Source of the DNA: a virus
Lineage: Duplodnaviria > Caudoviricetes
IMG/VR virus record: IMGVR_UViG_3300038379_000388
Location: 1-40,219 of that record
DNA: 40,219 bases
Strand: one strand, 5' to 3'
Shown here: in pieces, positions 1 to 9,173 of the stretch
Position numbering within the stretch: the stretch's first letter is position 1
Layout: each line of letters starts with the position of its first letter
Position numbers and translations under genes: made by a program
The notes under the pieces: model-generated
Told to the model about the DNA's origin: nothing
Databases searched by the model: none
The model's input: only the letters and a program-made list of their open reading frames with translations

Positions 1-8
1 AGAGCCCG
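1..8. repeat. Terminal overlap AGAGCCCG, identical to 40212..40219 (circularisation point; unit length 40211 bp)
   Basis: The first and last 8 nt are identical. Merging them gives an open minus-strand frame reading ...PHFQVPT-GLSWRD-VADLALRGG... Confidence 0.88.
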
Positions 9-1234
9 GTCGGGACCTGGAAGTGAGGCTGCGTGGCTAGCGTGAACGGGAGCCCTGCCTGCACCGAGTTCAGGTCGGCGAGGAACTGTTCGGCGCACGG
101 CTCTGTGTAGGTGGAGAAGCTCGTGGTCAGTAGATCGCAGTCCTTGAGGCGCCTGCCCTTGGACCCGTAAGCCGATGGCACGGCCCAATTGTCATTCATG
201 TAGAGAGAGACGGAGCCCTCGTTAGCAAGGCGCGCCACGATCCCGCGGCGCTCGCTCACGCCGCTGAATTGCCCAGAAGTGGGTGTCGAGGCATCGCCGG
301 CCAAGATGCCGTTCGAGGTAAAGTCCATCCGTAACACGTTGTCCGCCGAGACGAGCTGGATCGCGGCGGGCTCCGAGACGTTGTGGATCAGGTTGCCGTG
401 CATTTGAATGTTGATCGGCGTCGTGACGGGCTGAGTCCCAGCGCTTCCGTCCTGGTAGCCACCGCTGACGAGTGGGTTTCTGGAGTCGCAGCCCGTGAAC
501 AGGTTGTTCACGAACGAGATGTTGCCCACGTCGTGCGAGAGGAGAGAGCACTTGCGCGAGTCCACCTCGCCTTCCATGCCCTGCGCGATGATGCTCCTCT
601 CAATGGTCACGTCGCGCACCGAGCCGCCGTAGGGGGCCGCGATGGAGAGCACTTCGTCCCAGCCCCACCGAGCCGTCACGTTTCGTAGGTAGAGGCGATG
701 GATCTCGCGGTCCTCGTCGTACATGACCGGCGGTATGTAGGAGAGAGCAACGTCCTCCTGTCTTAGGCGCGGGATGATGGTAATGGCGTCCTGGTTGCAG
801 ACCGTAGGGATGTCGGCCCCACTGAACGTTAGGTGCTCGAAGATCTGGTTCGAGCCAGAGATGGAGAACGAGCACCCCACGATCTCTACGCCATCGGGTC
901 CTGCAGTAGAGCCGTCGATGGTGAGGTTATCCTGCACGCAGTAGAGGTTGGCCGTCGTGAGGATCTGCCCTTCAAGGCCATCGAAGTCCACCGAGCACCC
1001 GTTCTGCGCCGTGCAGCAGGTGTTCCGCCCCTCGCAAATCTCGCGCAGGGTGTCGGTGGCAGTCGGCTCATCAGAGAGCGAGGCCACGGTGCAGGTCGGC
1101 TTCCCGGCGCCACCGGTCGCGCCGGACGCGAATCCGATGCGCTGCTTGAAGGGCACCATCGTCGGGTCGGCCGGGATGCCCCGAGCCCCCAGGAGCAGCA
1201 GGGCCAGCGAGGCGATCAGTACGCGCGCGGCCAC
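1..1234 (-). CDS. N-terminal part of a ~1992-aa exported multidomain protein: signal peptide plus PL1 pectate-lyase-like beta-helix (continues at 40219..35467; missing from the ORF track)
   Basis: Translated by hand: GTG at 1234 preceded by GGAGG, then MAARVLIASLALLLLGARG-IPAD...GFASGATGGAGKPTCTVASLSD...NLTIDGSTAGPDGVEI...QDAITI...RWGWDEVLSI...ISFVNNLFTGCDSRNP. No stop before position 1. The motifs match the PL1 pattern GFG-TTGG/TIAGQTAPGDG/WS-DE/SFHHNL/RNP. Confidence 0.88.
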   Translation of the reverse strand, partial: MAARVLIASLALLLLGARGIPADPTMVPFKQRIGFASGATGGAGKPTCTVASLSDEPTATDTLREICEGRNTCCTAQNGCSVDFDGLEGQILTTANLYCVQDNLTIDGSTAGPDGVEIVGCSFSISGSNQIFEHLTFSGADIPTVCNQDAITIIPRLRQEDVALSYIPPVMYDEDREIHRLYLRNVTARWGWDEVLSIAAPYGGSVRDVTIERSIIAQGMEGEVDSRKCSLLSHDVGNISFVNNLFTGCDSRNPLVSGGYQDGSAGTQPVTTPINIQMHGNLIHNVSEPAAIQLVSADNVLRMDFTSNGILAGDASTPTSGQFSGVSERRGIVARLANEGSVSLYMNDNWAVPSAYGSKGRRLKDCDLLTTSFSTYTEPCAEQFLADLNSVQAGLPFTLATQPHFQVPTGL

Positions 1235-4113
1235 TCCCCACCTCCGCCGCTGCCACTGGCATACGGGATCGCCAGCACTTCGGGCTCAAGCCCGGCCGTC
1301 GAGAGCGACCACGAGAAGTCACGCACACCTGGCGCGTTCACGCCCTGTCTGGGCCCACAGGCCGCCTTCCCGTAGCGCCCACTCGGATGAACGAGGTGCG
1401 TTCCCGAGTATGGGTTCGGGTACTCCGGCGAGCCATCTTGGAATGTCTCGAAGTAGTTCTGAATGAAGTCGCACGACGAACCCGGGCAGTTGCCTCCGGT
1501 GTTTCTCATGTCGTTCGAGTAGTCCTGCCCGTTGTTCCATGCACAGAGGGGGCCAGACGCCGTGTATTGCGAGAAGCCGTTCCCGCTGTTCCAGTAGAGG
1601 TCGAACGCCGGCCCCGACGAGCTCGCGGCCGTCGTGTTGAGCACGTTGGCTACCAGGATACCGCCAAGCTGATAGGTGCCGGTCGCGGTCTGACCGACCG
1701 CGGAGCCGCTGAAGCCGATGGTGTACCGGCGCGTGCGGGGGACCGAGGGCCGGTAGCTGATGCCGATGCGCTCAGCCACCGTGTTCGTGCCGCGTGTGAG
1801 CGATAGAACCCGGCAGCCGCCCGAGCAGGTGTTCGACGTGCCGTCGCGCTGGATGTCGATGAAAGCAAGGTTTTCGAGGCGGAACGCGCTCGTTGCCGAG
1901 TTGCTCGACAAGATGGCCGTCGCGTTGTTCCCGAAGAACACCCCGTTGTCGATGATCCCATTCTTGAGCGTGACCGCCGCGTCCTGCCCCGGGAATAGAA
2001 GCTGCGGGTTCCCGGTGTCTCGCATCTCGAAGTCGCGGATCACGAAGCGGTCGAACGTTCCGGTGCCGAACATCTGCTGGTGGGTCACGCCTGCCCGGAT
2101 GATCGACCCGACGCTCGTGAGGTTGGTGATGGTCGAGTCTGCGATTTCGACGTTGATCTGCGCCTCCGAGCCGATCACGGTCAGCCCGTTCACGTCGAAG
2201 CCCGTGATGGTCATGGTCGGGTGGGCCGGCACGGGGAGCGAGGTGTCTAGCAGCACCGGAGCCCCGTCTCGACTGGTACACGATGCGCAGTAGGCGTCCT
2301 CGACGTAGATGCGGTCGCCTGTCTCGGCGTGGTGCCCGCCGAAGTCCCAGCCGGAGCCAGAGCCATCCTGACCGTTCTGGAACTCCGCACGGGACCGGAT
2401 CAGGCGAATGTCCGTGGAGCCATCGCCGACCGTACAATAGAGCGACGTGGGCTCCGACATGTAGAAGCCGTCGAAGTCCCACCACATGTCGTCGCCCGTG
2501 TGACGGACCGACGAGTCCTCGATGGTGACGTCGTGCGAGCACGCCCAGCCCGCCCCGTGCCGGTTGTCTCCACTTGTCAGCACCACGCGCCGCACATCCA
2601 CGCTGTCGGAGTTCACGATCTCGAAGAGCGCATTGGTGTCCATCGGGTCGCGCAGCCAGACGTTCTCGAACTTGTTGACCGTCGGGCTCGTAGCCCCGGG
2701 CGTTCGATCCCCGATCACGACCCGGCTCGGCCGCTCGAATACGACGTTTTGCACCGCCACCGTGCCCTTGAAGTGGTACGGGGCGACCAGGGAGTCCGTC
2801 GTGTTGCTCGAAGAGATGGTGACGGGGGCCATGATGGCGATGGGCTGCCCACGCTGGAGCCCTTCGTCGATCCAGACGCGCTCTCCCGAAGCGTGCGGCT
2901 CAGCGACGCCGTTCTTGTCCGCAATCAGGATAACGTCGTCGTTCTCGTTGCCAGGGGCTCCGGCTGCGTAGCCTGCGTTCTCCTTCGCCTGCGCGATCAG
3001 GTATCCGCGCTCCGCAGGGCACTCGCCTGCCCCATCCCCGGTGCAGCATGCACGAGGCTTCCCGCTGGCCGTACACTGAGAGTTGTCCTCGAAGCGGAGC
3101 CAGCGCCCCACCATGTCCATGTTGGCGGTCACGAGGTTGTCAGTGGTCGCCGACGCGAACACGAACTTGCGCTGCCCTGTGGTCGTCGCAGCGGTAAGGA
3201 CGCCGGAGCGCAGGTCGCGCTTTGCAAGCGGCCACCACGGCGAGCCACCCACGGCGTCCTCGACGCCCTGCCGCACGTTGATGTCGATGGAGTTGATCGT
3301 CGAAGCCGTGCTCTTGGCCACGATGTTGAAGAACTGGTTGACGCTCGGATAGGTGAAGGCGTCCCCGGGGTAGGGGTCGTAGGTCATGATCACGTCGCTC
3401 GTCGCGATCGCGGCCCAATTCGTATCGAGGAAGGCGCGGCCCGCATTCGGGGCTCCCGTCGCGTGATCCGACTCGTCCCACTCGTTCGTCCCGTCCGGGA
3501 AGCTCGTGAACGGGGTCCCCACCGAATACGAGAGCCGTGTCACCTGGGTATCGCTCGCGCAGTCGTAGCCCGTACCTGAGGATCCCGGGCAATGCACCAG
3601 ATCCCCAACCTGCCAGTAGGCAGACGACGAAGGCTCGTCGAGGAGCTGAGCCGTCGAGGCTCCGTAGGAGCGAAACTTTCCCTGCAAGACGAGCGTAGTG
3701 CCTAGCTCCTGCGTCCATCCCTGGGAACCGACTGTGACGGTGGGCGTCACGGTGGCTGACGTGCGGAGTACCTGGATCGAGCTGGTGCCCTCTTGGGCGA
3801 TGCCTCCGAGCCCGTCGATCAGGAGCGACCCGTTGATGACCCCGGCGCTCGTGCCCTGCGTCCGCAGGATCGACGTGGCAGCGCCGCCCGTATCCAAGTC
3901 CACGGTCGAGCCCGCCGGAATCGTCCAGTTGCATCCATTTCCGGGGCGGAACTCATCGTCTGCGGTGGGGGTGCAGCCCGTCCACTGGCTCGCCGGGTTG
4001 GTCGTACCGACCGCCGTCCAGTCGAAGGTGGTGTTCGTGCAGGTGCAGAGTTCCGCGCGCGCCAGGGCGGGTGCGAGCAGGAGCAGAAGCGCCGCGAGGA
4101 GGACGGAGCGCAT
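1216..4113 (-). CDS. 965-aa exported Cys-rich parallel beta-helix protein (putative glycan depolymerase or receptor-binding protein)
   Basis: The likely start is ATG 4113, giving MRSVLLAALLLLLAPALARA-EL (Sec signal with A-x-A site). 20 Cys counted. Beta-helix-like repeats include HDVTIEDSSVRHTGDD, which resembles the GH28 TGDD motif. The C-terminus is SGSGGGGEWPRAY. Confidence 0.8.
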   Translation of the reverse strand: MRSVLLAALLLLLAPALARAELCTCTNTTFDWTAVGTTNPASQWTGCTPTADDEFRPGNGCNWTIPAGSTVDLDTGGAATSILRTQGTSAGVINGSLLIDGLGGIAQEGTSSIQVLRTSATVTPTVTVGSQGWTQELGTTLVLQGKFRSYGASTAQLLDEPSSSAYWQVGDLVHCPGSSGTGYDCASDTQVTRLSYSVGTPFTSFPDGTNEWDESDHATGAPNAGRAFLDTNWAAIATSDVIMTYDPYPGDAFTYPSVNQFFNIVAKSTASTINSIDINVRQGVEDAVGGSPWWPLAKRDLRSGVLTAATTTGQRKFVFASATTDNLVTANMDMVGRWLRFEDNSQCTASGKPRACCTGDGAGECPAERGYLIAQAKENAGYAAGAPGNENDDVILIADKNGVAEPHASGERVWIDEGLQRGQPIAIMAPVTISSSNTTDSLVAPYHFKGTVAVQNVVFERPSRVVIGDRTPGATSPTVNKFENVWLRDPMDTNALFEIVNSDSVDVRRVVLTSGDNRHGAGWACSHDVTIEDSSVRHTGDDMWWDFDGFYMSEPTSLYCTVGDGSTDIRLIRSRAEFQNGQDGSGSGWDFGGHHAETGDRIYVEDAYCASCTSRDGAPVLLDTSLPVPAHPTMTITGFDVNGLTVIGSEAQINVEIADSTITNLTSVGSIIRAGVTHQQMFGTGTFDRFVIRDFEMRDTGNPQLLFPGQDAAVTLKNGIIDNGVFFGNNATAILSSNSATSAFRLENLAFIDIQRDGTSNTCSGGCRVLSLTRGTNTVAERIGISYRPSVPRTRRYTIGFSGSAVGQTATGTYQLGGILVANVLNTTAASSSGPAFDLYWNSGNGFSQYTASGPLCAWNNGQDYSNDMRNTGGNCPGSSCDFIQNYFETFQDGSPEYPNPYSGTHLVHPSGRYGKAACGPRQGVNAPGVRDFSWSLSTAGLEPEVLAIPYASGSGGGGEWPRAY

Positions 4114-4115
4114 CG

Positions 4116-4580
4116 CTAGAGCACGAGCGCGCAGACGATCAGGTCCGCGCCGGTAGCAATGGTCGAAGGATCGGCGTACAGCCACCCGGCCATCGCCGCG
4201 CGCTCGAGGCCGCGCTTCATCTCCGACACGCCGTCGAGCTCGTTGTTCTCTTTCACACCGTCGCCGTCCGCGTCCCAGCGGTACGGCTCGCAGGTCGCAA
4301 CGTCCTTCGCGTTGCAGGTGTAGAGACCGATCAGCGATCCACCCGCACCGTCAAAGTTGGCCGAGAACACCACGCTACCGAGCCACAGGAAGTCGCTCTC
4401 ATTTGTGGCGTCCGGGAACTGGAGCACCGCGCACTGGCCCGGCTGTAGGCTCTTCACCGCCCCCTGTCCCACCGTCCCGTCGTTTCGGAACTGCTTCCAG
4501 ATCACCGTGTTTGCTGCGCTGGCCGAGCTCGCAGCGAGCGCCACGGCGGCCACGATGGCCGCGATCTTCACCTTGTCCAC
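4116..4580 (-). CDS. 154-aa exported protein with a DxDxDG calcium-binding-type loop
   Basis: Signal peptide MDKVKIAAIVAAVALAASSASA-AN; 4 Cys; DADGDGVKEN; purine-rich RBS (GGGGTGAGAG) before the GTG. Confidence 0.8.
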   Translation of the reverse strand: MDKVKIAAIVAAVALAASSASAANTVIWKQFRNDGTVGQGAVKSLQPGQCAVLQFPDATNESDFLWLGSVVFSANFDGAGGSLIGLYTCNAKDVATCEPYRWDADGDGVKENNELDGVSEMKRGLERAAMAGWLYADPSTIATGADLIVCALVL

Positions 4581-4590
4581 CTCTCACCCC

Positions 4591-6642
4591 CTAGTCGGCT
4601 GTGCCGACCGCGCGCACCCCCGCACGCGCGATATATCCCTTCATGCGGAGCGCCCACCCGGGGAACTCCGTGTTCGCTGGATTCGCGAGCAGATCGCGCG
4701 CGAGCCGCGGATCCCGTAGCGCCGCGCGCATGATCTTCTCCGCCTCCTGGGGCGCGACGTTGCGCGTCACCCACTGGACGGCCCGGCTCCCGGCGCCACG
4801 CTTCGCGATCTGCGCGGCCGCGGCAACCGGGTTCGGCGCCACGAGCGCGTCGATCATCGAGAGGAGCGCGCCTGCCGCCGGGACGTTCGAGCCGGTCATG
4901 TGCGCCGCCGCGGGCGTCCCTGCGCGGGTCGCTTGCAGCTTCTCCAACCGGCGCACGAAGAACTTGAGCCGGCGCACCTTGTCATCGCCGAGCACAGCGC
5001 GCGCCGTGTCCTCGTACTGGCGCAGTCGTTCGCCCGCCGTCCGGCCCCGGATGTGCGAGAGCTCGGGCCCCATGAGCTCGTCGAAGAACTGCGCCTCGAG
5101 CCCGGCCACGCTCTCCGCCCCGCCCTTCTCGGCGATGGCACGCAGCCGCGCGGCCTCTTTGGGATTCCCGAGGACGCTGCGCAGGGTGCGGACCTCTTCG
5201 AGGTTCTCCGAGCCCTGGAGGAGCCGGCGGACGTAGCTCGAGCGCTCGTCGAAGAGCCCGCGGAGCTCGCGCGTCGCCGTGCGCGCCTCCGTCCAGACCT
5301 CGAGCGCGGCCTCCGAGGCCACCGTCCCGGGCCGGAGGCCCTCGATCGTGTCATCCACCGAGCGCATGAGCGTCTCGGCGAAGAACCTGGTTCGGTGATT
5401 CCCCTGCGGAAGCGAGTTGGAGCGGATCGTCTCGAGCAGCTTCGAGCGAAGGGTCTGGAGCTCCTCGAACGGGATCTCATCGCCGTACTTCTCGAGGATC
5501 GTGTTGACGGCCGAGGGAAGATCCTCGGCGCCAGCCACGCCCGCGTCGCGCAGCGCCTGGGTCGCGCCGGCCTTGAGCGTCTCGGTCGGCACCCGGCCGA
5601 GCTCTGGCATCAGGTTGCGCGCGCGACGCCAGGCGTCGCGCTCGGCCGCCACGCCCTTCGCGTACACGTCGTCCACCGTGTCGAGCACTGAGCGCCCGCC
5701 CGGGCCGCGCACGTCGGTCGCGAGCTCGCGGAGAAGGCGCCCTTCGCGGATCCGCTGGCCGGCCAGGCCGCGCTGGAACTCGGGCGCCTCGCGGGCGAGC
5801 GATGCCTCGGCCGCAGCGACGCCCTGCCCGCCCTCCTCGCCAAGCGCCTGCGCGAGCGTGAGCCCGCCCGTCTGCTCCGGCGTGCGCCCCAGGAGCCGCG
5901 CAAGCTCTTCCTGGTCTGCGATCTCGTCCGTGAGCGAGCGGATGGCCGCGGCCTCCTCGCCCTCGGGCAGGAGGAGCCGGAGGCGGCGCTGCGCCTCGTC
6001 GAGCCCGGAGATGTCGCGCGAGACGCCGCCCGTCTTGTCCGAGGCGACACGGCTCATCTGCCCGCCCGCCACGCTGCGCGCGAGCGCCGGCCCGCCGGCA
6101 CTGACCGCAATATCGAGCGGCGTGGCGACCCACTCGGGGGCGCCCATCTCGCGAGCGCCCTGCCCCGCAAGGGCGCCCGTCACGGCGCTTACGCCCTCGA
6201 TCCCGAGGCGAGTGGCGCCGGCCGCGATGCCGGGGGCGCCAGTGAGCACGAGCGGCGCCGTGGCCGCGGTCCAGCCGAGCGCCTCGCCGCCGCGCTCCGC
6301 CAGTCGCTCGCCGGGCGTGACGGGCGGGCGGTAGGGCCCCGCCACCGCCTCGCCGAGGCGCGTGCCCGCTCGCTCGAGCGTGCCAGGCCCTTCGGGAGCT
6401 GGCGCCGAGCCAGGGACGGCGAGGTTTCGCAGGAACCGCGTCGCCATGTCGATCATGCCGCCGATCTGGCCGGGCGCGTTGCGGAGCGCACCCTGCGTCG
6501 CGGCGCGCACGATGCCCGGGCCCTGCGGCGCGGCGCCGAACACGTCCTCGTAGGACGGGCCCGCCGACGCGAAGTCGGCGACAGCGGGCCGCCGAGTGGT
6601 GGGCGACGAGCCGAACACCTCCTCGTAGGTGGCGCCGGCCAT
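4591..6642 (-). CDS. Large internal virion / DNA ejection protein (P22 gp16-like position)
   Basis: 683 aa, Ala/Gly/Arg-rich and helical, with Gly-rich hydrophobic segments. It is the last and largest of the ejection-protein series. Assigned by synteny and composition. Confidence 0.65.
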   Translation of the reverse strand: MAGATYEEVFGSSPTTRRPAVADFASAGPSYEDVFGAAPQGPGIVRAATQGALRNAPGQIGGMIDMATRFLRNLAVPGSAPAPEGPGTLERAGTRLGEAVAGPYRPPVTPGERLAERGGEALGWTAATAPLVLTGAPGIAAGATRLGIEGVSAVTGALAGQGAREMGAPEWVATPLDIAVSAGGPALARSVAGGQMSRVASDKTGGVSRDISGLDEAQRRLRLLLPEGEEAAAIRSLTDEIADQEELARLLGRTPEQTGGLTLAQALGEEGGQGVAAAEASLAREAPEFQRGLAGQRIREGRLLRELATDVRGPGGRSVLDTVDDVYAKGVAAERDAWRRARNLMPELGRVPTETLKAGATQALRDAGVAGAEDLPSAVNTILEKYGDEIPFEELQTLRSKLLETIRSNSLPQGNHRTRFFAETLMRSVDDTIEGLRPGTVASEAALEVWTEARTATRELRGLFDERSSYVRRLLQGSENLEEVRTLRSVLGNPKEAARLRAIAEKGGAESVAGLEAQFFDELMGPELSHIRGRTAGERLRQYEDTARAVLGDDKVRRLKFFVRRLEKLQATRAGTPAAAHMTGSNVPAAGALLSMIDALVAPNPVAAAAQIAKRGAGSRAVQWVTRNVAPQEAEKIMRAALRDPRLARDLLANPANTEFPGWALRMKGYIARAGVRAVGTAD

Positions 6643-7923
6643 CTAGCGCCACACCCCGAACTTCGCGCGGAGCTCCTCGACGGTCGGCTCGCGCCCGAGG
6701 CGATGGCGGAGCGCTGCCTTCTCGCGCTCGAACTCCTCGGGCGTCGGCTTCGGCCGCGCCGGGCCAGGCTGGGCGGGCGCGTTCGCCCACTCGGCTGGCG
6801 TCGGCTGCGCGCCGAGCGTCGCGGGATCGACCTGCACGCTCGGGCGGCCCTCGAGCTGGCCGCGAAGCGGGCCCACGACGTCCGGGTAGGCCAGGTCGGA
6901 CGGGATCCCGAAGCGCGCGGCCGTGGCGCCGTACTGCGCTTCGCGGGTCTTCTGACCCTCGTACTGCGAACGCAGGATCCCCTCGGCCTGCTGCATGTAC
7001 GAGGCCCGAAGCTCAGGCGTCAGAATGCCGCCCTCGACGAGCTTGTTGTAGGAGGCACGCACCTTGTCCGTGACGCCGCCCGCGTTCTCGGCCGTCGCAA
7101 ACTCGCCTTCACGCACGGTCGAGCCGGGGTCCACCATCTTCATGAACCCGAAGATCAGCGCGATGTCGCTCGGCCCGAGGCGCTTGTCGCCGGGCAGGTT
7201 CCCGAGCATGGCAGCCGTCTCGACGGCGGCGCGTACGCGCTGGTAGCCATCACGAACCGCTATGAAGTCGCGCGACTCCGTGACGAATCGACCGTGACCT
7301 CCGGCGATGTCGTCGTAGTTGATGCCCTCGGGCAGCCCCGCGAGCGCACCCGCGCCTCCGCCAGAGCCCGGCGCTGCGGTCTTCGGCGCGGTGTAGACGA
7401 GCTGCGGCTTCCCGTCAGGTCCGATGCGGACCAGCGACTGCCCCTCGGACACCTTCTGGAGTCCGCCATCCTCCGGCGCGTCGGGAATCGCCGTCTTCGC
7501 GATCGAAACCGCTGCCTTGGCGTCCATGCCCTGCCCGATCAGCCGCGCCGTGAGCCGACGGCGCTCGAGCGCCACCTGCTCGGGGCCCATCGCCGCCGCG
7601 GGCGCCGTCTCGCTTCGCGCCGGGTCGAGTGTCTCGACGAGCGCGCGCCGCTGCTGCTCCTCCGCCGCGGCCTCGCGCCGCGCCTTCATCACGCCGAGCA
7701 GGCTCTCGAAGCCGCCCATCTGCGACACCATCGTCATGGTCCCGAGCGGGTCGTTCTCGAGCTGGTCGGCCAAGCGGTCGGCGAGCGGGTCGCCGAGCTC
7801 GCGGAACATCTCGGCTGTCCCCGCCGCGGCACGACCGAGGAGGTTCTCCTCCTCCTGTCGCGCGCCGGAGTCCATGAGCATCTGGCCCATGCCCATGAGG
7901 AACGGGTTGGGCTGCGGGCTCAT
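6643..7923 (-). CDS. Internal virion / DNA ejection protein (gp20-like position)
   Basis: 426 aa, helical. Contains DIALIFGFMKMVDPGSTVREGEFATA, a motif I recognise from podophage DNA-transfer proteins. ATGA-coupled to the upstream gene. Confidence 0.7.
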   Translation of the reverse strand: MSPQPNPFLMGMGQMLMDSGARQEEENLLGRAAAGTAEMFRELGDPLADRLADQLENDPLGTMTMVSQMGGFESLLGVMKARREAAAEEQQRRALVETLDPARSETAPAAAMGPEQVALERRRLTARLIGQGMDAKAAVSIAKTAIPDAPEDGGLQKVSEGQSLVRIGPDGKPQLVYTAPKTAAPGSGGGAGALAGLPEGINYDDIAGGHGRFVTESRDFIAVRDGYQRVRAAVETAAMLGNLPGDKRLGPSDIALIFGFMKMVDPGSTVREGEFATAENAGGVTDKVRASYNKLVEGGILTPELRASYMQQAEGILRSQYEGQKTREAQYGATAARFGIPSDLAYPDVVGPLRGQLEGRPSVQVDPATLGAQPTPAEWANAPAQPGPARPKPTPEEFEREKAALRHRLGREPTVEELRAKFGVWR

Positions 7924-8780
7924 GAGTCGATCGCCGAGCCGGCAGCGCCACCGAGCGCGCCGCCGATCGCAGTGCCCACCCCGGGCATGATCAGCGAGCC
8001 GATCACCATGCCAAGAATCGAGCCGATGCTCCCGCCCCAGCCGCTACCACCTCCGCCCTCCTGCATGTACGACGTGGAGGTCGGCGTCAGCGCGAACGGC
8101 AAGAGCCCGAGCGCCGGGTTGAACACCGGGTTCGCCAACATCTCCTTCGCAGCGTTCTCGAAGCGGCGCTGAATCTTGATGGCCCGGTCGATCGCACCCG
8201 TCTGGAGCCCCACGTTGATGCGCGAGAGGTCCTGCTGCATCGATAGCGGGATCGCACGCATCTGCCGCTCGGCCGCGGCCTGCGCCTCTTGGCGCTCGTC
8301 GAGCGTGTCCTGGCGGATCAGCGCCGCGCGCTGCGCCGCGAGGTTCGTCGATAGATCCTCACCAGCACGCGCAAGCCGGTCGTTCAAGAATCCAGAGCGC
8401 CCGAAGCCTCGCGCGTTCGCCGCCTCCATGATCGAGGGGATCACGTCGCGCTCGAAGTCTCGCATCGACGGGTCGATGAACGCCTGATTCAGGTACGCTT
8501 CGCGCTGCGCAGGGTCGATCATGAATGCCGGCATCCCAGCCGTGCGCTGCGCGAGCGCGGAGTTTCGGAGCGGCCCAAACGGAGACTGGCCGCCCACGAA
8601 TTGACGCGCCTGCCCGAGCGCCATGCTCTGCAAGTCGCTCGCGCGAGGGAAGACCCGCGTGTTGAGCGTGATCCCCTGGCCGAGCTGCTGATTCAGGAAG
8701 CTCACGAGGTCGCCGTGCAGCGTGAGCTGGTCGGGCGAGAAGTTCGAGATCGTCTTGACGGTGGGCTTGTCGCTGCCCAT
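7920..8780 (-). CDS. DNA ejection / pilot protein (gp7-like position)
   Basis: 286 aa, Gln/Ala-rich, with ARGFGRSG and a C-terminal glycine-zipper hydrophobic tail GSILGMVIGSLIMPGVGTAIGGALGGAAG. Confidence 0.7.
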   Translation of the reverse strand: MGSDKPTVKTISNFSPDQLTLHGDLVSFLNQQLGQGITLNTRVFPRASDLQSMALGQARQFVGGQSPFGPLRNSALAQRTAGMPAFMIDPAQREAYLNQAFIDPSMRDFERDVIPSIMEAANARGFGRSGFLNDRLARAGEDLSTNLAAQRAALIRQDTLDERQEAQAAAERQMRAIPLSMQQDLSRINVGLQTGAIDRAIKIQRRFENAAKEMLANPVFNPALGLLPFALTPTSTSYMQEGGGGSGWGGSIGSILGMVIGSLIMPGVGTAIGGALGGAAGSAIDS

Positions 8781-8783
8781 TGG

Positions 8784-9173
8784 CTATGCGCCTCCTCCCA
8801 TCGCGACGATGTACGGGATGGTATTTGCCGGTGCCTGGGCATTGAGCGCAGCGGCCGCGAGCTGGTCCCAGCCGATCATGTTGATCGGCGCCTGGTAGTA
8901 GCCTGGCATCGACGGCGACTGCGGGAGCGTCTGCATCTGCGGAAGAGACGAGCGCTGCGCCTGCTGCGCGGCGAGCGCTTGCAGGCTCATGCCCATCGTC
9001 TGCTGACCCTGCGGGCTCGTGATGCCCGTCGTGATCCGGTCGAGAAGGCTGGCCCAGTTCACCCCGCTCGCGGACGGCGCCACACCCGTGAGAGAGCTGC
9101 CGATCCCCTGCGCTGCACCGCCTCCTCCGACGCCAGCCCCGATACCAGCACCTAGCCCGCTGAGCGACAGCAT
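8784..9173 (-). CDS. Small Gly/Ala/Gln-rich internal virion protein
   Basis: 129 aa, low complexity, at the start of the ejection series and coupled to the upstream stop (TGATG). Confidence 0.6.
   Translation of the reverse strand: MLSLSGLGAGIGAGVGGGGAAQGIGSSLTGVAPSASGVNWASLLDRITTGITSPQGQQTMGMSLQALAAQQAQRSSLPQMQTLPQSPSMPGYYQAPINMIGWDQLAAAALNAQAPANTIPYIVAMGGGA

Noticed and set aside
1-8. The 8-nt terminal repeat as a biological terminal repeat, cos end or att core
   Set aside because: It falls in the middle of a coding domain, so it is best explained as an arbitrary assembly opening point of a circle.
4114-4185. ORF-track start at 4185 for the 989-aa protein (and similarly extended starts at 11989, 32623, 33700, 35605)
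   Set aside because: The extensions overlap upstream genes. The downstream starts give stop/start coupling and, for 4113, place the signal peptide at the N-terminus.
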